64,000 bases of DNA from Oculina patagonica (Eukaryota), in contig NC_135759.1 in assembly GCF_052425735.1 (NCBI RefSeq), positions 23,870,001-23,934,000 on the forward strand, read 5' to 3'. The notes beneath the pieces are model-generated. The model saw only the letters and a list, made by a program, of their open reading frames with translations. It made no database searches and had not been told where the DNA came from. A program made the translations under genes and the position numbers. Shown one piece after another: positions 26,101-37,389 of the stretch. The stretch's first letter is position 1; every line of letters begins with the position of its first letter.

Positions 26101-29100
26101 ATAAAGCTTTCACATAAACAGACACCATTAGTAAATAAATAACTAGATAGAGTGATAAAGTGAATATATTAAGCACACGCAAACTAAATGGGAACTGCTT
26201 TTATTATCTTATTCTTAAATGTTTCTTAAATGTTTTTAGGAGAGTGGGGAGAGTGGGGAGCTTGTGCTGTCAAGCTTTAATCACCTTATTCTTTAATGTT
26301 TTTAGGAGAGTGGGGAGAGTGGGGAGCTTGTGCTGTCAAGCTTTAATCACCTTATTCTTTAATTTTTTTAGGAGAGTGGGGAGAGTGGGGAGCTTGTGCT
26401 GTCACGTGTGGAACTGGACAGAGAACACGTGAAGGATGTAAAAAGGAAGTTAAACCGGGAAAGACATGTCCACCAGGACAGGTGACAACACAGACCGAAG
26501 TGTGCAGCACAGCTTCTTGTGGTGTATCCTCTTTGGTAGCACAAGGTGACTTAATATGTGCCAGTGGATAGCTTAAAATAGGAAAATGTTACACTGAACA
26601 AATACGTCCATTTTCATGTCTATTTGGATGTATCAAAACACAGTACGTCTCAGACTTATTTTCGAACACATCATCACGAATTAAAGAATCTTAAATTTAG
26701 TAGTTTGTTTGCAATACCAGAAAATGCATAAAATTTATTGCATTGTTAGTAGAAAAAAATAGTAGATTGCCAGTACAGGATGATACTTCCTAACGTCACT
26801 GCTTAGTAGGTGGCTATGTGTACATAGCCACCTAATATCGACCGATTGATCGCTCAATAGAAAGCTCTTGGAGTGGTTTTTCGTGTACAATGGCCCAAAA
26901 GGATTAACAAAACTGTCATTCAAAAATTCATTAATAATTCATAAAGAAAATACAAAAGAAATTAATTTTTAATGATTAATTTTTAAACTTTACCTCCAAT
27001 TTTCTAGGCAAAAATAGCCCAAAAACTAAATATTAGTGCAAGAATGAGTTGATCTACATTAGAAGATTTTGAAGCTGTTCAATAAAATCTCAGTTCGTGT
27101 TTTATCAAGTCTAAAACACTCGGCTGCGCCTCGAATTTTTAACTTGATAAAACACTGCTGCTCATTTATGACACATTTCGTAAATCACTGTTCCAAAACA
27201 GTTAGACTGGTAAGTAAAGAGACTCCTTTACACCAACTTTAAAAACATTTACACACGGTAGCGTAAAGGTCGGTTTAACCACCTTTAACAACATTTAATT
27301 GATGGTGTAAAGTTGGATAACCGACTTTACACCAGATTTAACCACATCTTTAATTTCATGTAAATCCCAATTTTCATGCTGTGATATTTTGAGCAATTTT
27401 AAGTGACATCAACTTTTCAGTATTTTTATATGAATCACTGTTTACCTTCCTCCACGACCAGCTGATGATTGCTTCACAAAGCCTGTAGGAGTATCTGACC
27501 AAGCCAAAATTCCTGATAATCACATAACAGCTTCTTCTCAATATGGCGATAATTACAAGCCCGCTTACGGTCGACTCAACGGAGACAGAGGCGATGGTTG
27601 GTGCGCCAAAAAAAAAGATAAAGATGACTGGCTACAGGTTGATCTTGGCACAACTTTTCAAGTGTGTGCTGTTGCTACCCAGGGAGACATAGATGGCGAT
27701 GAATGGGCCACGCACTTCAAGTTGTCTTACTCCTCGGATGGAAACGTCTGGACACCTTATAAGGATGCAAATGGTGTAGAAGTGGTGAGAGGTTACACCG
27801 CTTAACTTCAATACTAGTTAATTGTTATTGCATGTCACGAGATTCATTTAATTCAAATAGAAAATCAGAGCGATGCAATGATCATATGTTTAAAATCGAT
27901 GACACAATAGTTATAAGCAACACTTTATATTGTATATATACTAGTTATGCAACGCTTTCGAGTGGTATACTATGGAATATCCCACGAGTCACTTGTATTT
28001 TCTCGGTATACACACGAGCCTTTAGGCGAAAAAGAAAATACAAGTGACAGGTGGAATATTCCATAGTATACCACGAGAAAGTGTTGTATAACTATTTTAT
28101 ACCATGCCATAGAAAATACGCTTACTTAATTTCGTCGAGAATACAATCGCAGCGCACGATGGGAAGGTTGGGTTGAACACCGTCGAATATACAACGGCGT
28201 TCCTGTATTCTAATTGGTTGTATTTTCTATGGCATGGTATAAATCCATTTATGCTTCGTATAATTACGTTGTTTGTTTGTTTTTAATGAAAGGAATTCCA
28301 CAGGCAAGGTGACAGCAACACAGTTGACCAACACAGATTGTCAGTGCCAGTGTCTGCAAGATACTTTCGTTTTTATCCAACCAAGCAACATAAATGGAAC
28401 TGTCTTAGAGTTGAGTTGTATGAAGGTAAGCGTGAGTTCTCAGTTCTTTTATCAATTAGACATCTGAAAACAAAGCAACGTATTTCTGTGTTATCTATAG
28501 GGTCTATTCTAATCAGGTAATAATTACACCATAACACTGCCAGAAGTTATTACACCACATAATAATATAATATATTTCCGTTTGAACTCAATTTTCTATT
28601 TCTGCTTTACAGAAATATCAACAGGTAAAACAACAACTGTACAAAACAAGTTAAGAGCAAGAAAAACCTGTTAACTGTAAGATTCTTTAACCGTTAAGGC
28701 GCAGATCGAAAAATCTTTAACATGTACAGTAGATGATGAGTTGGACTTAAACGGTGGGTGCTTTCTATCCTTTCTTAACCCTTGGTGTAATCACTGAAGG
28801 TAAGAAAAGGAAGGTAATGCACCCCACGCACTGAAGGAGATAAAATTAAAACCCCTGTAAAAAGTTCGCACCATCCATTCATGGCACCGGGGCGAAACAG
28901 CCAAAAATTGGCCGTTAGGCGTAAAAATGAAAAAAAATTAACCGTTAACCGTAAATGCAACAACTTCATTGAGACCCTCAAAACATCAAGCTACAATAAA
29001 ATTTGGCCAAGTTTAGGAATTAACCTCCTTTTCAATAACGGGACCCAGAAAAGTTATAACACGTATCATCTTTACTTTATCATCATCCACAGCGCAATAT

Positions 29101-30390
29101 TCATCATCTGTGGCTCTGACGTCATCCTCTCAGAAAAAGACGTCATTTGTGCCAATTACATCACCGCTTGCCAAGCCTTCGATCTCTGCGCTAACGTCAT
29201 CTTCAGAAGCGATGACGTCGGATTCTTCGTCTGTTTTCCCTATGTCATCCACTTCTCCATCGTCCACAGCGCAACTCTCTTCTTCTCTGACTCTGGCGTC
29301 ATCCTCTCAGAAAAAGACGTCATTTGTGCCAATTACATCACCGCTTGCCAAGCCTTCGATTTCTGCGCTAATGTCATCTTCAGAAACGATGACGTCAGAT
29401 TTTTCGTCTGAGATTCTTATGTCATCCACTTCACCATCGCCCACAGCGCAACCCTCTTCATTTCTTGCTCTGACGTCATCATCTCAGAAAAAGACGTCAT
29501 CTGTGTCAATTACATCATCGCTTGCCAAGCTTTCGACGTCAGATTCTTCGTCTGTGATCCTTATGTTATCCACTTCACCATCGTCCACAGCGCAACCCTC
29601 TTCATTACTGGCTATGACGTCATCCTCTCAGGGAAAGACGTCATCTGTGGCTTTAACTCCGCCGCTTGCCAAGTCTTCGCCCTCTCAGTCAATGTCATCG
29701 GCAGTAATGATGGCGTCGGGTTCTTCGTCAGTGATTCTTATGTCACCTGCCAAGTCTATTCACTGGGGATCAATAGCTTCCTTCGCATCCCTCAATAGTG
29801 GGAATAATAAAGGTAGCCATGACAATTATGCCCTGAATATTTCACACCCGTCTGACCTGCTTTTCTTAAATGTTGCTGTTATAAAATCCACCTAGCAGCA
29901 TGTATTAAACCTATCAACATTTGTTGTTTATACTTTTAAAAAAATCCTGGAATCTTCTAGATGATGTTAAATTTGTGATTAATAAATCCATTTAAATGAC
30001 AACTGCTATAAATTGCAGAGTTTCTTTTAAAGTTAATATCTTCTTGTTGAATATCATATTTTAAACATCTATTTTTTGTGGTCTTTTGTTCTCCTAGATG
30101 ACCCATCCAGTCGCCAGGCGTATTTCCACACTGCGGAGGAAAATTGGATTCTTCTTAATCACGTGATAAAAGATATCTGGACCCCAAGCGAAATCACGTG
30201 TGCGATGTTTTGTTTAAGAGATCAAAACTGTCAATCAATCAACTTCAAGTTTACAGCAAAGGACTCTATCCAGGTTAAAAACACCAACACAAAACAGTAC
30301 CCGAACTGTCAGCTCAACTCTGCCAAACACTTGGCCAATCCAATGGACTTCTTCCCAAGGAAAGGTTACCGCTATTATTACTTTACATGA
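17199..30390 (+). CDS. Secreted modular protein: signal peptide - TSR - F5/8 type C (discoidin) - Ser/Thr mucin-like stalk - PAN/Apple, ~575 aa (TSR-PAN gene B)
   Basis: Exons 17199-17271 (MRSLWTLQIFCFVFVPCYEG), 26372-26545 (GEWGEWGACAVTCGTGQRTR), 27462-27784 and 28293-28425 (IPDNHITASS..GRLNG..GWCA..DWLQVDLG..VATQG..ARYFRFYP..CLRVELY), 28613-28624 (microexon), 29093-29812 (S/T repeats), 30098-30390 (PAN). Total 1728 nt, in frame. Linking the leader exon across the 9.1 kb first intron is inferred from its phase. Confidence 0.82.
17640..17935. repeat. TGCTCG(C)-rich internal repeat, probably a non-autonomous transposon fragment
   Basis: More than 10 dispersed TGCTCG(CA) motifs in ~300 bp. Confidence 0.55.
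20247..20766. mobile_element. Non-autonomous TIR element with a nested palindromic insertion (20536-20687)
   Basis: Outer ends CAGGCGCGTACCT / AGGAACGCCCCTG flanked by an ACGAT direct repeat. Inner CTGACTCGTCCCCAGTCGTC...GACGACTGGGGACGAGTCAG flanked by CGGCGCTCG / CGGCGCTGG. Confidence 0.65.
20814..21130. mobile_element. Double-palindrome interspersed repeat, copy 1
   Basis: Two adjacent hairpin units (e.g. ATACCATGCCATAGAAAATAC...GTATTTTCTATGGCATGGTAT). A closely similar copy lies at 27936-28243. Confidence 0.75.
21139..21393. mobile_element. MITE, TA target duplication (Tc1/mariner superfamily)
   Basis: TA|CCGTATTTTCTCGATTAAACGCC ... GGCGTTTAATGATTGAGAAAGTACGG|TA. Confidence 0.8.
25517..26009. 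mobile_element. MITE, TA target duplication
   Basis: TA|CCTTATTGTTACTTATTTTCGCGG ... CCGCGAAAATAAGTAGCAATAAGG|TA, with internal AATTTCGCG repeats. Confidence 0.85.
26207..26404 (+). repeat. 66-bp tandem repeat x3 spanning an intron/exon junction
   Basis: Unit = 33 nt of intron end (…TTTTTAG) + the first 33 nt of the TSR exon. Acceptor-following bases at 26240, 26306, 26372. Confidence 0.95.
27936..28243. mobile_element. Double-palindrome interspersed repeat, copy 2 (in the intron splitting the F5/8C domain)
   Basis: Aligns by eye with 20814-21130. Confidence 0.75.
29081..29750 (+). repeat. Coding tandem repeat, 177-bp (59-aa) unit, ~4 copies
   Basis: Units start at 29093, 29270, 29447 and 29591 (third unit is 144 bp); they encode LTSSSQKKTS..ITSPLAKPS. 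Confidence 0.9.
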
Positions 30391-30600
30391 CAAAGAAGGA
30401 GATACCACTGTTATTACCTCGCATGCGGACAACGAAGGGGATACCACTGTTATTACCTCGCATGACAACGAAGGGGATACCGCTATTATTGCCTTCCGTG
30501 GCAACGAAGAAGATAGCGCTATTATTGCCTTACATGACAAGGAAATGATATTACTTTTATATTACTTTACACAACAAGGACATGATACCGCTTTACCTTT
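30362..30600 (+). repeat. ~36-bp tandem repeat starting in the last codons of gene B and running into the 3' UTR
   Basis: GATACCACTGTTATTACCTCGCATGACAACGAAGGG-like unit, ~6 decaying copies. Confidence 0.85.
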
Positions 30601-32104
30601 TATGGCCATGAAGAAATGCCGCTTTTACCCCATAACGTTATTAGCACATAATGGGATTGGATACTGTTAGTAGTTACTGACATAACGACGAACTTTCAAC
30701 AAATTATTCCTCCAGATAAGGTGTAACATCACACATGTAACGCGACAGCGCCAGATCCAGGTCGAAGCCATAGCTGGGGTAACGTCTACAAATTGAGGCC
30801 TATGAACATTTTTTACGTCTGAAAATGGAGATTAATGCACGAAACAAAAATATTAATGCTAAAGAATTATGGTTAAAGTCGCCTAAATTTGGCCAGATAA
30901 CATGATGGTTTTCTTTTGCCGAAAATCAAGATTCATGTGAAGATGATAGTGTGTGCCTGCTAAATATATTGGTTAAGCGCTAAATAATTTTTCTTCAAGG
31001 GGGAAGCCGGCTTGTATCGACCTGAACGCAAAAAAGAGAGAGCGAGCATCACAATGGAGCATAGACATTCCTTTTTACCTTTTTTCCCCAGCTTGTATTC
31101 TCACGAACAGACTTCTTTTTGTTTAGCATCCGCAAATTTGATGTAAATAATTTGCCGAAAATTTAGTTCCATAGGGTTATGCTGCATACCATAGAAGCTC
31201 TTTTAACCCCCTGCACCCCCGTGCTTGTTTTCCTTTTTGGGGCCTTTTTAGGGGGGGGGGGGAGCGAACCATAAATCAGTTTGGATACATAGAAAAGAAA
31301 TAAAGTTGACTTTGTAATGTTTTAGTCCTGTTTAGTGAGGGAGGCTTAATAGTGCTTTTACAGTAACTGAGCTACCGCAGTAGCCCATTGCTATTGAGGG
31401 AATTAACGTAAGAAAATTACTGTTTAGTGTTGTTACACGTTTATGCTATTTGCGAGCTTCAGCTGAAAACACAGACCAGGTGCAGAAGGATTTTCAATCA
31501 GTGATCGGTTCCTATAACTCTACTTTTCCCAGGAATTGGAACTCAAAAAATACAAAAGATTAAAGACTTTGTTTCTTTCGATGTTTTCATAGATGAACAG
31601 AAATTATGACACAAGACGAACGTAAAAAACACATTTTATAATATGTGAAATCTAAATTGGCAGGTTTTAATGAACGCGAATAAAACCCACTTAAATGAGT
31701 CAAATAAGCATGTAAGCTTTTTGACTGTATAAAACTCTTAAATTAAGCTGATTTCCATTGTCTTCCGAATTTTCTGAGTTAGCCTGTGATCATTTCGCCT
31801 TTCTGTTTCATAACGCCGAGAAACAAGAATGCTAGAGTGAAAAAAGACATGAAACGTGAGCTCACAGTAAAGTAAAGTAAGGCAATTCAAGATTATTTAT
31901 ATTTCATTGGTTAAGGAGAAAGATCAAATTTGAAAGCTTCCTTTGTTATCTGATACAAAATCAAAGATATGTAGTACCCGGAGGTGAAAAATTGCTTGGG
32001 GAAAATAAATAAACACCATAAGAGTTTCACCGTACGCGTGGGAAGGAAGAAAAAATATTTTACGCGTTAATTTGTTAAGGCGTATATGTGTGATATAGTT
32101 TAAA

Positions 32105-33976
32105 ATGCGTCTTGGGAAGGTGTTCTTTGTATTGCTAATCTTTTTATGCAGACTTCTGAGCAATGTAGAAAACGGTAAGTTATACTTCTTTTTTTAAAAA
32201 AATGGTATTTTAAGTTCTTTCCACATTATATCTAAATTTAATTGCAATTTCTCTCGTAAAATTGTTGGCTTTGGCAAACGAGGCTTGTCAGAAGTCCATA
32301 TTTTCCATGTGATATCTTAGTAGAGCAGATAAAGATATGGAACAAATTTAAAACGAAAGAACATGGAAAACGAGTTGACAAGCATCGAAATATAGCCATT
32401 TAGATCTCTTATAAGTGAGTTATAACCTACAGAATTCAGTATTTTATAGATTCTCAAACAACGTTATCATTGCAGAAATACATTGTTAACATTCTATAAT
32501 CGCACAGTGTCACTTTATTTCATCTTTCTCTCTTCTGTCCCTTTACATTTCTTGCCTGACTGATATTTCTTTTAAGGATTGTCCTGTTTTTTTTTTTGTT
32601 TCATTCTTCTTATACACCCTTTGACTCGAAGGTGTTCGGTCAAGTTAAAGGTTAAAAAAACAAGCTGAGGCGTCACAGTATTTTAAGCTATTGCAAACGG
32701 GCAGTGCAGTTTCAGTTTAGGTTCAAGTTCAGTTCACGTTTCAGTTCACTGAAACGTGATCACCAAAATCACCTGCAGTGTTCAGTTGCAGATAGCTCGG
32801 AAATGTCACTCGGAAACGAGCTCTTCACTGTTTATATTTGCGTCATTGGTCGATGGTTAATTCTGTTAACACATCAACAAAGCAAGAAAATCTCAAATAT
32901 AATTAATGACTTTTAATTTTGAACAAAAAAATGCATATGATTTCCTTGTTTCTGCGCTAAAACAACAGTTTGTTGTTTTCTACATGGGACCTCTTCGCTT
33001 GTTTGTCCAGCTACGAAAGCGCGCGCGCGCAAAAAAAAAAACAGTGTAGTATAGGGTATCAAAAGCCTTGGCTAATGAAAAGCTTATCACAGTAACATGT
33101 AGATCTTTATTTTTCTTCTTAGTGACGTGATTAAAAATGATGCGGTCTTTTTTAGCAGCAAATTTGAAGTGTGTTCAGTTCTATTCGCCTAAAAAAATCA
33201 AATCACACAAGCAAAGTTTCAAGAGTTCAAAAGATTGTTTTATTATAGTGAATTCAAAACAAGTAATCAACGTTGAAGGGAAAAACATCGCTTTATTCCT
33301 CCAAGTTCTCTTTTATACATTTTAGCCCTTTCATTGCACTATGTAGACGCAGGGATATTTTACAAGGTGTTAAGATGGACTGAATAGCTTTAAGAAAACC
33401 ATTCTTATTCTCAGAGCGCCCTTGTTCTTATTGGACAGTGATTGCATGCAAGCGCATTTTTCAACCAATCAGAGTGCGCGTTGTATTTGGGTTAATTTAT
33501 TTTCTTGTAACGTAAACTGTTCTGTCGATTCTTTAGCTCATTGGAGTCAGTGGAGCGCATGCTCTTTCTCATGCGGATCTGGTGTTCAGCAGCGACACTT
33601 TAATTGTAAGAAAAAGAAGTGTGATCGCGTACAGACAAGATCGTGTCAAATAACCTCCTGTTCTATACACGACATGACCGGAAATAACCTGGGAGGACTG
33701 CTGCGAAGAGGCAGAAACGACCTGGCGTTAATCAACCACGACATTAAGGAGCTGTTCGTTTCTTCCGAAATAGAATGCGCTCTTTACTGTCTGAGATTAC
33801 CTGAATGCAGCTCTATCAATGTTAAAGTGCAGAAAGACTTAGCGAACCCGGCAAAGGAAAATTTATCACTTCTGTGCCAGCTTAACAATGCTACTGCTGA
33901 TTCTGAACCAGAAAATTTAGTTGGAATCAATGGTTCAACTTATTACAGCTTTATTTCACGGCAATCGAGAACCTAA
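32105..33976 (+). CDS. Small secreted TSR-PAN/Apple protein, ~169 aa (TSR-PAN gene C)
   Basis: Exon 32105-32174 (MRLGKVFFVLLIFLCRLLSNVEN, donor GTAAGT) + exon 33537-33976 (HWSQWSACSFSCGSGVQQR..; ALINHDIKE..ECALYCLRLPECSSIN..CQLNNA..YYS). Total 510 nt. Confidence 0.88.
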
Positions 33977-36900
33977 AGTACATTTCATGACTGCTTACAT
34001 AACAGCACGGCGCTCACGAAATTAGTGTAGTATCAAGCATAGTACAGTTTTCTGCACAAGTTTTTGCTTTAAAGGCAAACCATACATATAGTAAACGGGC
34101 TGAACGAGCTTACCTAGTTTTGAAGAGAAGCTTGAGTAGATACTTTCAAATGAATAAATTAATGAAACGAATTAGGAATACAATTTGCCGTTATGGCTTG
34201 CTCCCCACTTAAGTCTTAGACTTAGTTGAAGGTCAACGTAGAGCTGATGGAAAGTAAATTAACCATTACCTTTTGCCAAGGATATCTGGAAGCTTCAGGC
34301 AAAGCCGCAAGGCTAAAGAGGTTGAAAATTGTTTGACCAGTGAATTGCTGCAGTATCATTGCAATTCAAAGGAAGACGAGCAAAGAACTCAAAGTTTTTA
34401 CTTGCAATTTTAGCTTGCTTTACTGAGTGTCTTAAGGCGCTTTAATTGGTTTTGTTTAATTGTCGTATGGTGACGCGCTATTTATACGTTAAGCTTTCAT
34501 TTATCTTGGTTGGTCTTTGTACATCTATTTAGGGAAATAAATATGCATTCACTGTGTTTTTCCCCATGCGATAGCTGGTACAATTCACTGTACATTGCTT
34601 GTGAATTTCCTCGTTTGTTTGTTATTTCCCCGTGCTCACCTCCCCCCCCCCTTCCCCCTGTACGCCCTGCATATTCCTCGTGTATTCACTTGCGTTGTCC
34701 GTGTATTCCATTCCATTATAATTCCTCCTGTGTTCCTGGTGGATTTACCTTTTGTTTCCCAAGCATTTAAACGCCTTTTAACCCTGCTTTCCATATGATC
34801 GTAATGACTGACGACGCAAATCGTAGAAATACTCAACCGTGACGCACGGCGCAGAGCGAACTGTCTCCATATGATCACAAAGATAACTACCCCGGGCGTT
34901 CCTGCCTACCCTAGTTTTTTTTTGTTTAAAGTGTTTTTCCATGCGTTTCTTTGACAACTTACAAGAGAAGCCACATCCAATGCACGGAGAACGTAGGTGG
35001 GAGAGTGGTGGGAACCCATGAGTTGCGCATCGCAGGACGCACGGGGCGGGGGGTAACGTTTAGCTGAACGCATTGGAAATGCCGGGGACTGCACGCAAGA
35101 AAGGACCATACACGGAAAGTATGGGGTAAGGAAGGAGCAATTCAAATGCACGGGCAAACTCTCATGGAATGCATGTGGAACATAGGAGGGAACTTAGCTG
35201 AAACTCTTTAAAGGGTGCATGGCGTTGTGCAGAGGGGAACGTAGAAAACCGCACAGGGAATGCGCAAAGAAATGTACAAGGGAACGCTTAAATGCACAAC
35301 TATAAGAGAAGTGGAAACGCATTAGGGAACCTTTACAGCAAATCCACCGGAAAAGTAGGAAGAAACCCATTGGAAACACATGGGAGAAGAAATCTTTTTC
35401 TTTTAAAAATTTCAAAAGGGAGCAGAAAATCGGTCACGAGCGCCATCTCTCCGCCCACAGTATGTCAAGTATAAACACTCGATCTGTTAAGACCGAGTAA
35501 GCACTGAAACTATTTTAATAAATACAGACCTCGTGTTGGAAGCTATGGTGAAAACAAAACAGACTTGTAGCGTTCTTCTACAACACAGGATTTCAACTTC
35601 TTGTTTGTAGAGCCGCTCTGGCCTGCTGGAAAGACAAAATTGAGACCATGGAAGTTTGAGGTGTAAGGTTTATGAAAGATGACTGTACATTTTGTTTAAG
35701 GTAAGAGTAATTAAACCATTTATTATGGAACTAACTTAACTTTTAGATCACATTTACCAAGGGTCGGTCAATGTGAGCATTTTATTCAAGTTTCAAAATG
35801 CTCACATAGTCCGAACCTTTTTATTACTGCATGTAGTTTATATAGTTTAATTTAATTTTGTGGTCTCCAAAATTCTTTTTTTTTTTAAAGTAAAAAAAGG
35901 TATGAAGTTTTAAATCTCCGCCACCCCCAGTAAAAAGAACGAAAAACAAACAAATAATAACAATGACAATCCAGACCAATTAAGTAGCAGTATAGCTACC
36001 ATTCGGCGCGCGGTCACAAACTTGAAAATTTAAATTTTAAATTATACACGTGATAAATCTTTTCTCGCTTTGGGTTCTTTGACCGTTCATTTCCCGTCCA
36101 CGTTCAAAATGTCACGTCGTAGAAAACTAACTTCGTCCTCGCCCACGGCTGCAAAAAACTATCAAGCTTCAGTGTCGGATTGTTTATACGTTTGGAGCTG
36201 TTATGGAACAAAAATAGCTGTGGCAAGAACTTAACTTCAAGCAAACTTGCAAGCACGTGCTTCGTGTAAACCGGAGATGTCGGAGTGTAATCTTTGATTC
36301 AAGGTACGAATTGTACACCAAAGTAATGTTTTGTAGAAGTAACTTATATCTTTTTTCTTTCGGAATGCATTCTACGGAATCTTTTGGAAGGATTTACCAG
36401 CTGTAAATTGTCAGTCAATTGTTTGTGAATAGATGCAAATTGTTAGTTATTCCGTCTTTGTCCACGGATGTAACATGTCGACGTTTGCTAAGAACTTAGT
36501 ATTTTGACGTAGAACATTTTTTTCAATTATGCAATATTTGCTAAGAATTTGGTCGTAAACTGATCCTCGGTGATTTCTCTTCCATTAAGGTAACCAAAAT
36601 GTTTCGGTACCTCCTAGCTATTAGAATTATTATTCGTTAGAATTCTATATTCCATACTATGAAAGAGTCGTTTGACATTCTCTTGATAGGGAATGTAATG
36701 CGTGCACCAAGTCGTTCTATCCATTAAATCTAACAAATCATAAATGTTAAACAGTATCTATGAAGGCAGATGGGTAAAAATCTTTTCCAAATTAGATGTG
36801 TTTTAGAAAAGATAACATTATTTGATAACGGAGAACAGAGCTACAAATAAATAGTTTTCAATATTAATTGTTTTCTGGTTGTTTTTCTAGGAAAGACTTG

Positions 36901-37389
36901 GAAATGAGTGTAGAACAGAGAATCACGAGGCCAACCATATCACGATTTTTTCAGGTATCTTGACCTTTCACTGATTGCCATACGATATGCGTTTTGAGAG
37001 TTTCGTAATACATGATAAAACGAACTAGTAGATACGTAAACATTCACATAAACACTTCTGGTAAAACCTCAATTGTTCAAATCGTTAAAAACAACAGGAT
37101 CACTCATTTTTACCGAATGGTAATGAGGTTCTTGGGATCATTCGCTAAGTCACGTGTTTCCCTCACTCACTCACTCGAACACTCGACTCTGATATAAAAC
37201 CGCAATTAATTCATGCATTTAACAGTGAACGTGCTGACAAAAAGGTTCTTTAAAAGGCCATTCAGCGCATGTCAAAACAAATTATTCTCCAACCTCGTTC
37301 CCAGGGTCACTCTCTTTCAGGGAACTAAATTGAATTTTCACAAAACAAATCGAAAGAGGATCAGTTACAGTTATCCTCTGGTGACAAAA

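Noticed and set aside
26160-26432. 90-aa ORF with a repeated FRRVGRVGSLCC motif
   Set aside because: Off-frame reading of the 66-bp repeat; the meaningful frame is the TSR exon (GEWGEWGAC).
28881-29411. 176-aa Cys-containing repeat ORF overlapping the mucin exon
   Set aside because: Alternative frame of the 177-bp repeat; splice phase supports the Ser/Thr-rich frame.
30362-30600. CRISPR-like array (also considered for 26207-26404 and 42860-43116)
   Set aside because: Head-to-tail repeats without unique spacers, no cas genes, eukaryotic context.
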